Positions 11,615 through 24,547 of a stretch of DNA of 64,000 bases are shown one piece after another (position 1 is the stretch's first letter; every line of letters starts with the position of its first letter). The position numbers were made by a program, and so were the translations under genes. Below the pieces are notes generated by a model. That model was not told the origin of the DNA. It ran no database searches and was given only the letters and a program-made list of their open reading frames with translations. Origin of the DNA: Pocillopora damicornis (Eukaryota); the NCBI RefSeq assembly GCF_003704095.1, contig NW_020846166.1, positions 248,001 to 312,000 on the forward strand, given 5' to 3'.

Positions 11615-14600
11615 ATGTTTCGGCATACTTTGAAAGGCGTTAAGGTAGTGACTAGTTATGCTGTTCCGACGTTTCGTAAGTTGTGGTTTCCCCTCATAGG
11701 TAAGTCTTTTGTGCTCAAGCCTCCTTTCCTGTCTATTTTTCAGTCCATAACTGTCCAGTCGCCTTCACTAGATTTAATTTGTCAAAAAAAATTAACTCTT
11801 TTTTCCAGAGAGTCAAGCAAGGTTGTTGTCAAACGTGATCAGCACCCTTGAGCCGCACTTGAAAAATCTTGTGAAACAACACGAAGAGATCACTGAGAGG
11901 TTGTCTGTTACTGAGGTATTATTTCTGACCAGTGATAATACATTTCTCTTACTAACCCAGTTCGAGGTCTGTACTGTAAGTTATGGACCGAGGGGAAAAA
12001 ACGAGGTTTCGTGACTTACAGTACGCACTGACAAAGCGATGTTACATTAAAATATTGCCTGCTAATTTGACTAAGCAGAGCTCACGTACTATCTGAGAGA
12101 TATAGTGAATGTATATAATGCTTTTACCACTCTACATCAATATCTTTTATATTAAGCCATTCCAAAGATAACGAGATTTATTCTTATTGGGTTTAACAAA
12201 TCTCCTTGAAAATTTAATCAGAAGATACTTCAAGGAAATACTCCTTGGGAAAGTTGAAATAATTGTATTCTCTGAACTAACATCATAAAAATTGTATGGC
12301 AGACAGTAAGGAGAATTACAAATGAAATTTGGGGAGTGAAAGGGTGAAGTTACTTGACATTAAGACTCAACTTTGGGTCTGAGATGGTTCTTTGAATTTC
12401 CATGTTTGTAAGGGTGGTTTTTAGTTTTAAACTCCTCCTTCCTCCAGCACTCTGTACCCTCAGCTGACTTTTTCAAATTATCATCCCCCTTCCCTTTAAT
12501 TCAGTATCAGTTTTCTCTGATATTTTTGGATGGGATGTTACTTCACCACAAGCTAACCTCCCTCCACCCCTAAGAATTTTGTCAAATTTCCTATTCAAAC
12601 AGTTTGGTATATTCCATTTATAATCCTCATTAGAAAGAGAAACTCCTGAAATAAAGTATTTCAGCCAGGAACACTCAACAAAGTGACTATAACCAGGACT
12701 TGTAATGGAACCTTCCCATCTAGAATCCATTAAACCTTTACACCCTCATATTGGTATATATAAATATCTATCCAGTGGATAATGCCATATGTTTTGCAAT
12801 CACTTATATGCTGGATAGTGATTTATCCATTGGATAGGCTTATCTGCCCTTTATACAACAGGATCCTGACCTGAGATACTCCTCTTGTGGGTGTGAAAGG
12901 GTGTACACTAACCTGTTGGTCAGTGTGTCTTACTTTGTGTTGTAGTGACTGGGTGAGTTGCCTTTCAGGGGAATATTCCAACTGCAAGTGAACACAAGAC
13001 TTTATCCAAGCAGCTTTCTAAACTTTCACCTATTGTCCATTTGATAAGCCAAATTGAGACAAAGGAGAAGGTGAGAAATAAGAAATGTCTTGAATTTGTC
13101 TTTTTATAATGATAATTGTGTAGAACTAATCATGATGATTACAACTCAGTTTGATTGGGACAAGGGTCTTCACCTAGAGGCAACAGAAGTTTGATGACCA
13201 GTTTTTGATGTTGAATCATGTTTTTGTGAAACTGGCTCCATTTTCATTGGCAATGTGTGGTTTGACCTCTTTTGGCAGGCTGTTATGTTTGGTGTTAGTC
13301 AATGCACAGCTATTGAAATTTGGTTAGAATTGAAAATGGGGAAGGTTGCCGGTGTTAACACCATAATTTTACAGTCAAAACCTGGGTAACAAACTTTTTC
13401 TGCTTGACAATCAAATGATAATTAAATATTTGATAGTTTTTATTTCTGTAGTAAGAAGGTGAGAACAGGAAACATATAAAAACAGAGACAAAGAAACTGA
13501 ATGTATGGCACTGCATGAAATCCATTAAAAAAATTAGATGGACCTAAACCAGTTAATCTTGGTGTGAACTGGAGTAAACAGTGCAACTAACTACTGCAAT
13601 ATCTGTTTCAATTCTTTTTTCTGTAGGAAATCAAGGATTTAGATGAAATGATATTGGAAATTGGTGGAGAATTAGGGAAATTTGCAGAAGAGGATAAGAA
13701 GCAAGCTCTCAGTGATATAAAGAAAATTGAGGTACGTCAGTCTATGTCACTAAGCAATAAAATAACTTAAACTTGAAGATACATTGTACTTTTAGCGTGT
13801 TGGAATTTCCTATCAGTATGTGTACCTTTTTTACAGTAATCATTTAGCATTGTTTCATTAAAAAGTTCTAGTAACTTTTTTAACAAATTCTTGCATAGTG
13901 AGCTAAATATAAGGATTTATACTAGTATAAACAGTTTCTGTTTCACTCTCAATGTAAAATCTGAACTAGTTTTGAATAAATACAAACTTACCTCACCTAG
14001 GTGGTTGTTACTTTACACCACGTAAATTTTCTGGGCTGATTTAAGGCAGTTTGGCTCAGTTCTAGTTTATCTTCTCTACCCTCTATATAATCTTTTCCCA
14101 AGGTAGCACACTGTATGACACCAACAAAATGAATCCAATGCAAGCAAAACATTATAAATTTGGTCCAATCACCATGAAACTCCACATACAATAGCAACAT
14201 AAAGATAATTCACACTAGTATTCCTCATTCAGGGGTTATGTGTAATGAAAAGGATATAACCCTTTACGCCCCAACATTAGTATGCATATTCGCCATACTT
14301 TCTTTATACATTTCTTAATGTTCTGAAAAGGAGAATTTTTTTAACAATCAAGAGCCTCTTTAGTTGTAGATCATTTCCCTTATTCTCATGACCCTAATGT
14401 TTTACACAGGGGTGATCTTGTGAGGAGAAATTGGATGCCAGTCTCTCTAAGGGGTTAAAGGGTTAAACACAGCCAATTCCTAGCTATAAGTTTACTGATA
14501 GACTTTGGATGATGAGTTATTCAGATTTTGCAGGACCTTAAAACTATATGAACTTTCAAAGAGTGGGTGATTTCTAAATTTTCTCCTATGCCACTCTCTT

Positions 14601-17600
14601 TGCACTTTTTGGATATTATTAATGTTACCCCTTCCCTCAATTTTATATTCTGACCATTCAGACTTATTCTGGTTTTGCATCATGTTAGGTGCAATAGCCT
14701 CTGATAGAAAGAAAAAAAAACTGAATTGGTTAATTTTGTTTACTAAATTTTCTTTCCTAGGATGAGTTGCTTAAGGCTCTTATTCCTCAAGATGGTGATG
14801 ATGAAAACAGTGCCATACTGGAATTAAGGGCTGGTATGTGAGGAAAATAATTTATTAGTATGGGTTTGAAATGACTCAACTGGTTGGATACAAATTGACC
14901 TAACTGGGTATGGAACAATGGTGTATGAAACAAATATAATTACAAAATGTTTGGTAATCTTGCTAAATGCTTTTTATTCTGAAGATTAAGAAACTTTGAA
15001 CACAATGATTTGATAATGCAAGGGAGATTATAGTGCACTGACCAATTACAGAAAGTTTAGGACATGCAAGAAAAACTCCAGATCATAAACTTATAATTAC
15101 TTAATCTGTCTGTTGTTAACTTTTCTCACATCTGATTGGTATTTTCCTTGGAAAACGTATTCCATAATTGCATGTCCCAGCTTCTTCTGTTTGCAGTTTG
15201 CTGAGTTCCACAGAAAGTGATGCAAGTCTGATCAAATATCTTAACATCAGCCATTCTCTTTCAAAAACTAAAGATAGAGGTGTGTGGCACTGAGCAAATA
15301 ATAATTGCTATATTTGTGGTATGCAGGCACTGGTGGAAAGGAAGCATCCTTGTTTACTGAGGAGATGTTGACAATGTATCAAAGGTTTGTCTTAAAAACT
15401 AAAAAGTTGATATGTCTTTTAAGTGTGCAGTCAATGTAAAATTCTGTGAGTATCAATTTTATCAGACAATAGTTCCTTTAAATTAGAGACTGGTTTAACT
15501 CCCAGAAGTGCTTAACATTTAGCCTCTCCCTATAACATCCATACATTATCCAGCAAACATATAATGAGAATACTCAAACCTATCAGGTAGAATTTGTTAT
15601 CTTGATCTAGCACCCAATTCTCATAACTAATTTACAAGGAAATGTGTAGCAGCCAGATGGGAGAATAAACAATCAGATCTTTGGTTAAGTAAAATTTGAA
15701 TTCAGTGAATAAGAGTTATATGTTTATGGCCCCTGTGGTGTAATCGCCACTAGAACGGGGTGAAACAAATGGTTTTAAAGAAGAACTAGAAATCAAACAA
15801 TTTTTGTCTTTGTTGATTAAAGACTAGTCTATCCTTTCAAAAAATTGTCTTAAAAGGTGCCAAAAATTTGTGTGTCAGTATGTAAGGAGATAACTGTTTT
15901 ATAATACTTTGTAATGGCTGACGTAAGATTCTTTCAATTGTTTCTGGAGCACACTTTTCCTTTAATTTATTTTTCCTTGCCTACCCCAGGTTTTCAGCTT
16001 ACAAGAAGTGGAAATTTGAAATTCTGAACATTAGTAAAAGTGAAGGTGGTGGTATTAAGGTAGTCTTGAAAGTTTGGACTCTATGATAATTTGTTGGAAC
16101 TATTTTGAATTTTTAATCTATCACACAGTTACCCCTAGTGTTTCATCAGGCTTCCCTGACAATTTTCTGGTACCCATTTAGTGAGAAACTTTGGGAGTAA
16201 AGTGTTTTCCCCATGGACACCACACAATGGTATGCATGGGGCCCGTTTCTCGAAGGTCCTGGTAACTTAATGGGCTCGCATAGCTGTTCTGTTTTCATTC
16301 AAGATGATGGTTTCAAAAGTTTTAAAAGTTGTACAATAAAACTATCAGACAGCTAAATAAACAAAATGGAATAATTAGGGTGCCAAAACCTGCTTCTCTG
16401 TTCTTTAACATTTAATTTTGAAATAACTATGGCTTCGGGCCCGGAACTTTCGAGAAACGGGCCCCTGGCCATGTATCGAACCCAGACCTCTCAACCCGGA
16501 GTTCAGTGTGGAGTTTTGTTTGAATTACTGTACACATTGTACAGTTACACTGTACAAGTTGAATTTTTTCCGTTATGCTCTTAGGTCCTAATGAATGAAT
16601 CTTGGAGAATTTCAACGAAAACCGAAGAAATAAAAACAATTTCTGATTGAACTAAGAACTCTTGGTAGCTTTGTTTTCACGCTGTAATTTAAAAATAAAT
16701 AATATTGAGTTCAATTTTGTTCTACTGTTTGCAGGAAGCTTCTGTGAGTATTGTAGGGAGTGGTGTGTTTGGCACGATGAAGGTAACTTGAATGATTATT
16801 TAAACATTAAACATTACTGTAGGTTCTAATTTACCTGGAAACGGTCGACAAAAAGACTCTTTGAATGTGCCAATAATAGATATCTCTCTTCTAAACTTGG
16901 TTAATGACGACCTTAGTTGTTATTTTTTGCTAGTTTGAAACTGGTGTTCACAGAGTGCAAAGAGTTCCGCATACAGAGTCGCTAGGCCGTATTCACACTA
17001 GTACTATGACTGTGGCAGTGTTACCACAACCTGAAGAGGTACAGTTACATTTCAATCAAGTATATTGAAATGACCACATCGTGTGCGTTCAAATATTGGG
17101 AATATTGCCTAAGCCTGAGAAACTATCCTCAAAATTTCTCACTTGTCCTCAAAAATTTTCTTCTCCAGCCAATGATATTTCAGTTTCGAGCGTTATTTAG
17201 TCCTTAACGTTTTGGAACTGGTCGCAACCCGACCCAGGCTCCTCTCTTTTTTTCACTCCTCTGCTACAATCGCGCCATGTACTATCACGGTCAGTTTTTC
17301 CTTCCTGAACACCCGGAGCAGGGTAGGTGTTATGCGTCTTCTCGGCCACCACAAGCGGTTTATTTACTTATTAGTATCCTACTATTGGTTATTATGGTAT
17401 TACTAATCAGAAGCATTGATTTTTTAAAAAATTTTTTTTATTATTTTTGTAACACAGGCACTAAAATGCTAACATTTAGTTAATTAAATTATTTGCATAC
17501 CCGGCAATACGCACATTACTTACTACAGATATAACTCTTTTTGCAATTACTAAAATGCTTCAGCACAGAGTAAACTAAATTAGTTACGATGCCTTTTAAT

Positions 17601-20264
17601 ACATATCATCGACGTCAATTAAATTACGATACCTCACAATACACACTGTTCCTTTTTTTTTTTTAAGTTACTGGCATTGCTTTTTCTCCAGGTAGATGTG
17701 GTGATTAATCCAAACGATCTCAAAGTTGATACATTTAGAGCGTCTGGGTAAGTAACTTAACAACAGTACAAAAACACCGGCAGTGAAGTGCTTCTCAAGC
17801 AGGTTTTTCTGGTTTGTTTCAGCGCCGGCGGTCAGCATGTCAACAAAACTGATTCTGCAGTCAGAATAACTCATTTACCGACGGGGCTTGTGGTCGGTTG
17901 TCAAGAGGAACGATCTCAGATTCAGGTATTATATGATAAGCTGCATTATGTTCGCATTTGGATTTTTTCCTTCTTATGATCCACAAGAGCACAGGCGCAT
18001 AGATGACATTCCACCAACAGAAATTTGCTTTGTTATCATTTAAAACAAGGACATTTCATGTTGCCGCTGGTCTGCACAATAGTAGATCATAGATTATGTT
18101 GAAATGTGGTAAGTACATCATTGACACACTCGATGCGACGGCATTGGTTTCTCTTCGTTACGCTACGTGATTGGCTCAGAATATGCGTGCAATCTTCTTA
18201 GCCAATCAGATGCAATACCGAAACCAATCGCTAATTGGTCGCTCGCGTTTTCCCGCGCTTTGAGCAGTTTCTTAATTTAGCACGATTTGCATCATCCCGA
18301 TTTGCCGTTGTGATTACTCCTGTAATTGTTTAACGATACTCTTTAAAATTGTATTCTAAGTTTTCCCCCCTTTTCAGAATCGACACAAAGCCTTACAAGT
18401 GTTACGAACGCGTCTCTATGATATACAGCGTCGACAACTGGATTCAGAAAGATCTGAAGCCCGCAGAAAACAGGTCAGCAGTAAAACGGAAAGTCTGATT
18501 AACTGATGCGATAAACACGAAACACAGCGGTCAAACGTTTGCGCATGCGAACTTTATATTGGCTAGTTAACGTGCTTTCAGGCTGTCAGAACCAATCGCA
18601 CGAGCTGACAAGTCACGGTGTTTTAAAACGGTATAAACTCTAGGATAAATCTGAGAAAAAAATTTAAATCAAAAGGATGATCGAAAGAGTAAGCTTTATG
18701 TTCGAAAGGTTCGAGTTCTTCTTTTCCCTGCATTTGTTGTCTTTTACAGATTCTATGAGCGTTCAACCCTATGTTTTCCTTTGAGATTTTGCGCGGGAAA
18801 CTGGAGCGCGGCCGGCCAGATTGGATCCCCGTGCGCGTGTCCAAAGTTTGACCGCTGTGTTGCTGCTGTAGCACGAAGCACGAGAGGTCCTTTTATTCAT
18901 TTTAGTCAGGCTGGTCATTCTGGGCGTCTATTTTCCGTAACCGAAGCATTTTACGAAGTTTCTAGATTGTTCGCTGGTGCACATTTGTACTCCAGGGTGC
19001 TGGAGAGAGGAACTTTTAAGTCTCTTCAGTTTGCCCAATAACATAAAACTATGATCGTGCTCTTGCGAAAGGGAGTTTGCCAACTTGTACTTGAGTTCTA
19101 ATTTGCTCCTTGTGGTAGCTCCTTTATTCCTGGCTGTTGTGTTTACCTAGTTTGCTGTTTTACGACACTCAATCAAATGTGGCCTGAAACGAAACGTTTT
19201 CCATTTAATTAGATCGGGAGTGGAGGGAGATCAGAAAAGATAAGGACGTACAACTTTCCTCAGGTGAGTCCAAGGTTTTCCTCTGTTTAGGTTTACTATG
19301 GTCTTTTTATGTGAGAAATATTCAGTCGATACATTGTAAGCTTTACAAGAACGATAGAAAGTTGTCTGTTTTGCACATTTCTCCGCTGTTGTTACTTTAT
19401 AAGAAAATCCAACTCATAAGTCAGGAAATTATGGTGAAATTTGAAGTGTTGGAGACATGATTTCGAATGTTTGATGTTTGTCCCCAATCGCTATGATCAC
19501 CTGACCTCAACTGGTCAACTCTGGTCGAGAATTGTGTCATATCTCGCTATAATCACCGAGGTGATTAGAGCAGGAGCGCTACTTTTCAAAATGGCTGTAT
19601 TGTGTTTTGTCAATGTTTTTCGAGGAAGTGATAAACGCAATAGTAGAAAATTGAAATTCGAAGAGCACAAAAGATGCTACTAACGTAACGCTCTTGTAAC
19701 GTAACGCTCTTCGAAAGTAACTTGAATTTTTTACTGACTGATTAAAATAAACCTAGTGGAAATTGTGTGCCTATCTTGAGACGAGTAATCAAAACAACCA
19801 CAACAAAATATGCGTAGTGCTTTCTCTATTTATGAATAGAGAAAGTAGTGCGCATATTTTGTTACAAAATAATTTCAACCACGTAACTGATTTACCAGAA
19901 AATTCGAAAGCAACGGAACGATTGTACCAATAACAATTATTGTCCTCGGGCTCAATGCATATTGTTGTTATTCAAAAATATTCACTTCGCCTTCGTGAAT
20001 AATTGTAAAGCTATGGCGGTGATAAAAAAAAATTGCACAGCTTCTTGTGCATATCCTCCTTCAAAGTCTAAAAACGAGCATGTCTTCCCCAAGGGCCGAG
20101 TGACTGATCACAGAATAGGTATGACTGAGCATGGAGCAGAACTGTTTTTGGAGGGAGAAGACAAACTCAATCACATGATCACGGCTTTGCAGTCTCAACA
20201 CGAAGCCGAGGCGCTACAGGAACTGACCAGCCAATATGACACCGGGAAGAAAGGGAATAGGTAA
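11615..20264 (+). CDS. MTRF1L: Mitochondrial peptide chain release factor 1-like (mtRF1a), 14 exons
   Basis: GT-AG exons in consistent phase: 11615-11699, 11809-11915, 12969-13070, 13627-13731, 14761-14833, 15327-15384, 15990-16059, 16735-16782, 16934-17038, 17692-17747, 17823-17925, 18378-18473, 19213-19263, 20094-20264. Motifs [23 protein letters not shown] (RF1-type PxT), [18 protein letters not shown] (GGQ), [16 protein letters not shown]; basic N-terminal presequence. Confidence 0.95.
14255..14466 (-). mobile_element. MITE family A copy (reverse)
   Basis: TAACCCTTTA...TAAAGGGTTAA termini; reverse complement of the family A body. Confidence 0.75.
15495..15688 (+). mobile_element. MITE family D copy
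   Basis: TTAACTCCCAGAAGTG...AATACTCAAAC...GGAAATGTGTAGCAG...GGTTAA. Confidence 0.7.
16238..16465. mobile_element. MITE with perfect 17-bp TIRs, nested in a SINE-like repeat
   Basis: GGGGCCCGTTTCTCGAA ... TTCGAGAAACGGGCCCC; the flanks (about 16125-16237 and 16466-16510) are two parts of the repeat at 24250-24547. Confidence 0.8.
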
Positions 20265-20669
20265 CCAAAGGAAAACACGGAAAACACAGCCAAAGACAAC
20301 AACACGGCGCTTTCTCGAGGGCCCATCTTACGAATGTGCAAATGGCCAGACGATGAAATAATAGTATTTATATCGGAATTGGTTATGCATTTGTTTCTTA
20401 AAAAAGAGCAAAATAGTACATTGTAACATAGTGAAGAAGCATTAAAAAAGAAAAAAAAGTCGCCAAGTGTTGTAAACTGCCTTTCCTTGAGGATACAGAG
20501 GAAAAATGATAATGAATAACCTTTGGTTCAAATAGACAATCTTTGATCCTAAAGGAAGAAATTCCAACCATCGTCGTTACCCTTTTGGAAGGGTCACCAC
20601 TTCGTAGGAAACATTTTTTAACAAGACTGTCACCTGAATGTCCACCGTGGTAACCTTTCCATATGTTAT

Positions 20670-21100
20670 CTTTACTAAGGGGAAACCTCTATTAAGGGAC
20701 ACTTTTTCTAGTCCCGAGTTTGTCCCTTTAATGTACGTTCCACTGAATGAACGATGCATTTCCTAACTTTACTTTGGGACATCTCTATTCGGGGGCACTT
20801 TTTCCAGCCTCAAGTTTGAATGTCGGTTCTACGGTCTAACTTGTCATCTCTACTGAATAAACACCTCTACTCAGGGATACTTATTTCTATTTCCGATTTT
20901 GCCTCTTCAATGTAAGTTCCACCTTATGAACCATGTCTTTGGTAACTTTACTTTAGGACATCTCTATTCAATTACGTTTTTTCTAGTTCCGCGTTTTCCC
21001 CAGAATTTAGGTTTTACTGTATTTGTTGTATTTTTATTAAAGGAACACTTCTACTCAGGGACAGGTTTTTTTCTACTTTCAAGGTTGTCCCCTGAGTGGA
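20670..21100 (+). repeat. Degenerate tandem repeat, about 90-bp period
   Basis: About five copies of ACmyCTCTAyTcAGGGACACTTTTTCTA near 20684, 20779, 20861, 20959, 21045. Confidence 0.55.
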
Positions 21101-23124
21101 TTTTCTATTGTTAAGGAAATCTTAATTTGAGGCTTATAAATATTACAGTGTCCGCAATTATCCCCGAACCAAAGTTTATCATGGCATGATGTTATTTCAA
21201 TTTTTTGTAGGTCGATCAAAGATTTAGTTTCTTTCCTTAGCAGGGCAAGAGTTGAACATTAATATTAATCGCTGATACGTTTTGTGTCAAATTGAGGAAA
21301 ATATACAATTTCGTATCTATGTCTCTATTTACACTTAAAAGATATAATATGAGAGATTATATGCGACCATACGGTACGGAGACTTAAGAGGTGTTTTTAC
21401 CTCTGTATCTATATAGGAATTGATAGCTTATTTCAAAATTATTAAATGAAAGGGCTGGTTTATGAACTGAATATATGTTTTTTTTCATAATTTATTTTTA
21501 TTCTCATAAGTGTTGGAGCATTAGCTTTTTTGTTTTGTTTCTTCACTAAAAGGTATATTTGCATATTTGCCTTTTTGTAAATTCTTAATTTCCTGCAAAA
21601 TTGAAATGATAAACGTACAAAGAGAATTTCTATGTGTGGTAATTTGACGATAAGATATAACGATAAGATGTACCTGCTACCGGCGGAGCAGTAAAAGATT
21701 CCCTCTCGCTTCATTTTTCGTTTCCAGTATAATTTCCGGGAAATGTGTGGTTTCTTGTGTTTATGAGCCTAGATACACCTGTATTTACTATCTATGGGAA
21801 CGTGTTGACTAGGCTAGAAGCACGAATCACCCGTTTCAATGGGCATATCTTTAAAATTTGTTTTGTTTTTTTTTCCTTTGTGATGGAAAAAGCGCACAGC
21901 AGTCAAAACAATGCAGGTAGATTTGAAATGTAATTTGGTGTAAATCAGAGACATTTCGATGAATGTCGGCGAACGCTCTCACATTTTAAGAGTTTTAAAG
22001 TTTTAATTTAAAAGTTTAGAATGAATATGCATGTAAGCCAGAGGTTCTGTTATTAATTAGCGTCGTTTTGTTAATTGTAATCGAGTTTATGAAACTGTTT
22101 TGAAGAAAAGAGAAAGAGAGAGAAATAAGAGAAACAGAGGAAAATATTTTGTTTGTTTATGTGCATGATGTCGAGAAGAAATGAATATTTTCCAATGATT
22201 ACAATTTTTACCATTTAATTCATCCACAAGGTCCGTCTTGATAGTGTTTTATGTTTGTTTCTAGAAAGAACTTGTCTAAATAAAAATAAAAATTAAAATT
22301 ATTTTGTCTCAGGGAAATTTTATGATAGTTTGTATAACCGGATGATAATCTCCCCCAAGAAAGATCAGTTTTGGACCTTTTACAACGAGATCAATTCGTT
22401 CGCCGATTTCGATGGCATGTTTAAATTAGTACACGAGAGATGCTGTTTTTATATTTCTTAATTTGTCTGTTCCAGTTACCGAAAAAAAAACAACAGTAAT
22501 AAGAGCAAAACATATGTTGTGTGGATAAAGTAGCGAGATTTAATAATTGCTTTCTTGTATCCTACTGAGGAAATTTCTATTGTCATGTCCAGTATTTATC
22601 GTCTCCCCCGTTTATTGACCTCGTCAAGCGGCGAGCGAAAATGACTATTATCTTTTTCAATGATGTTATATGCAAATCACGATGTCACGAGTTTCAACAT
22701 TAATACAAAAAGCGAAATTTCAAAATCCTGTTGGCTTAAAGTGGCTTTTTCAAGTCTTTCCAATAAATGTTAAACAAATATTCGGGTTCGCTGGCACATC
22801 GGATGAGAAAGACTGTTTAGCATTTGGCATTTATCAGGTGTGTATTTACGTAGAGTATAACAGATTTAAAACAGAAATTCTTTGACCTGCTGCAGTCAAA
22901 AACGAAATCAAACAGTCACACGGTGGAAACGTGCGAGGTGGTTGAGCGCCGCAAATCAGCGGTTTATCTTCCATGAAATTTTAATATAACAGAGGAGTCG
23001 ACCCATTAAGACAGAAACAAACATATTACCGCTTGGTAATTAGTTCTTGTCTTATTCAGCCATCATTTGGTCGCGGGAAGCTTTTTTTTTCGAGAACATT
23101 ATTTCGGATCAGTGGCACACTACG

Positions 23125-24219
23125 ATGAAAGCAGCGCTGGATAATTTTCTCAAAAACCACGCTGATGCCTTCGTACGATATCGTCGAAAGAAGCTTAAGG
23201 AAATCGAAAACCTAATTAATCCATTATTGGAAGAAGTGAAGAAACTGGATGGAAAATTTGACTTTGAAATGGTCAACCCTAAAAGCTTTTATACCATCAA
23301 GTCACCCATCCATTACGAAGTACTTCTGATTTTTCACGGGGTGGACCCTGAAGAGATTTCTGTCGAAGACGGGCAAACACCAGCGGGATTTGCGCTAGCG
23401 AAACTTACTGGTAAAAAAATGGTGTCTAAGTGGAAATTTTGCAGTGGGAACAGTAATCCCAGCAAGGTTTACATGTCGGCTAAGATTGTCAGAGAGAAAC
23501 TCTTCGAGCTTGTAAACCGAGTGATCAGCAGCTCGTCTTTTCTGGAATCACTCGAAGGGAGTAACTTTTGTGTAGAAGTCGTCGACGACGACGATGTGAT
23601 TTCAATGCGGGTCAGCGGACAAGACGTTGAAGCATACAGCGTTGATCTTATCCCAGCAATTCCTTATCCAGGACGCTGGGTGCTCTCTGCGCATGCGTGG
23701 GAATCCAAGCAAGCTGATTGGATGAGCAAGACTTTGAAGGAAGAAGTCATTAAGACCGGATTTCACTTGGTAGCCAGGCCATCACCGAGTAGGTCATCGT
23801 ACCAGTGGCAGATTGATTTTCCTGGCCCCATGAGGAAGCTACTGGAAATAGACATGGGCTGTCGCATAAAATGTCTGCTTATTCTTGAGATCATTATGGG
23901 CGACATGTACTCTCAAAGGGATGCATGCGACAGTTTCCAACTCGAAACTCTCGTGTTGCGTATAACAGAACACTATCCAGTGAAATCGTTCTGGAGCGAA
24001 GAAAAATTCTCTAAACGTTTCTTAGACACCATAAGAGAACTGCAACGATGTCTCTCAGAAAGACACCTGACGCAGATTTTTATCCCAGGCGTGAATTTGT
24101 TTCGAGATTTCGACAAATTGAGTTTGAAAAGTTGCGAAGAAGTTGTTCAGAGTGTTTTAGAAAACCCAGAAAATTTCCTGAACACTTTCGAACTGTTCCA
24201 ATATACAACTGCTTTGTAA
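23125..24219 (+). CDS. Mab-21 domain (cGAS/MAB21L-like nucleotidyltransferase fold) protein 1, intronless, 364 aa
   Basis: First ATG at 23125 within ORF 23047-24219. Motifs KSPIHYEVLL, YMSAKIVREKL, VDLIPAI, W..SAHAW..W....KEEVIKTGFHLV, GCRIKCLLILE, CLSERHLTQIFIPGVNLF match the Mab-21 family layout. Confidence 0.9.
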   Translation: MKAALDNFLKNHADAFVRYRRKKLKEIENLINPLLEEVKKLDGKFDFEMVNPKSFYTIKSPIHYEVLLIFHGVDPEEISVEDGQTPAGFALAKLTGKKMVSKWKFCSGNSNPSKVYMSAKIVREKLFELVNRVISSSSFLESLEGSNFCVEVVDDDDVISMRVSGQDVEAYSVDLIPAIPYPGRWVLSAHAWESKQADWMSKTLKEEVIKTGFHLVARPSPSRSSYQWQIDFPGPMRKLLEIDMGCRIKCLLILEIIMGDMYSQRDACDSFQLETLVLRITEHYPVKSFWSEEKFSKRFLDTIRELQRCLSERHLTQIFIPGVNLFRDFDKLSLKSCEEVVQSVLENPENFLNTFELFQYTTAL

Positions 24220-24249
24220 CCCAGAAAAATAGTAGGCAAAGTCTTTACT

Positions 24250-24547
24250 TAAGCCAGATAGCCCATCCAACCCGAGTTTTATCCCAGTTTCCTTAGCATG
24301 TAGCGAATAGGAAGTTACCTCTCCCCCTCTCCCCCTTACGTGGGATTTCAGTCCATCACAAGGTTACCCCTCGCCCAGGCATTTCATCGGGGTTCCCTGA
24401 CATTTTTCCTGCACCTTTTTATACCTCCGGATGGAGAGAGGCACCGTGAAAGAGATTTGTTTTCCCAAGAAGACAACACAATGACCTGGCTAAGTCTCGA
24501 ACCCAGACCTCTCAACCCGGAATTCAGCGCACACTGCGTCTCCCACC
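24250..24547 (-). mobile_element. tRNA-derived SINE-like repeat
   Basis: B-box-like GGTTCGAGAC on the minus strand (24495-24504); shares TCGAACCCAGACCTCTCAACCCGGA with 16476-16500. Confidence 0.55.

Noticed and set aside
18540-18549. NRF-1-like TGCGCATGCG in an MTRF1L intron
   Set aside because: A single motif far from the promoter; chance occurrence cannot be excluded.
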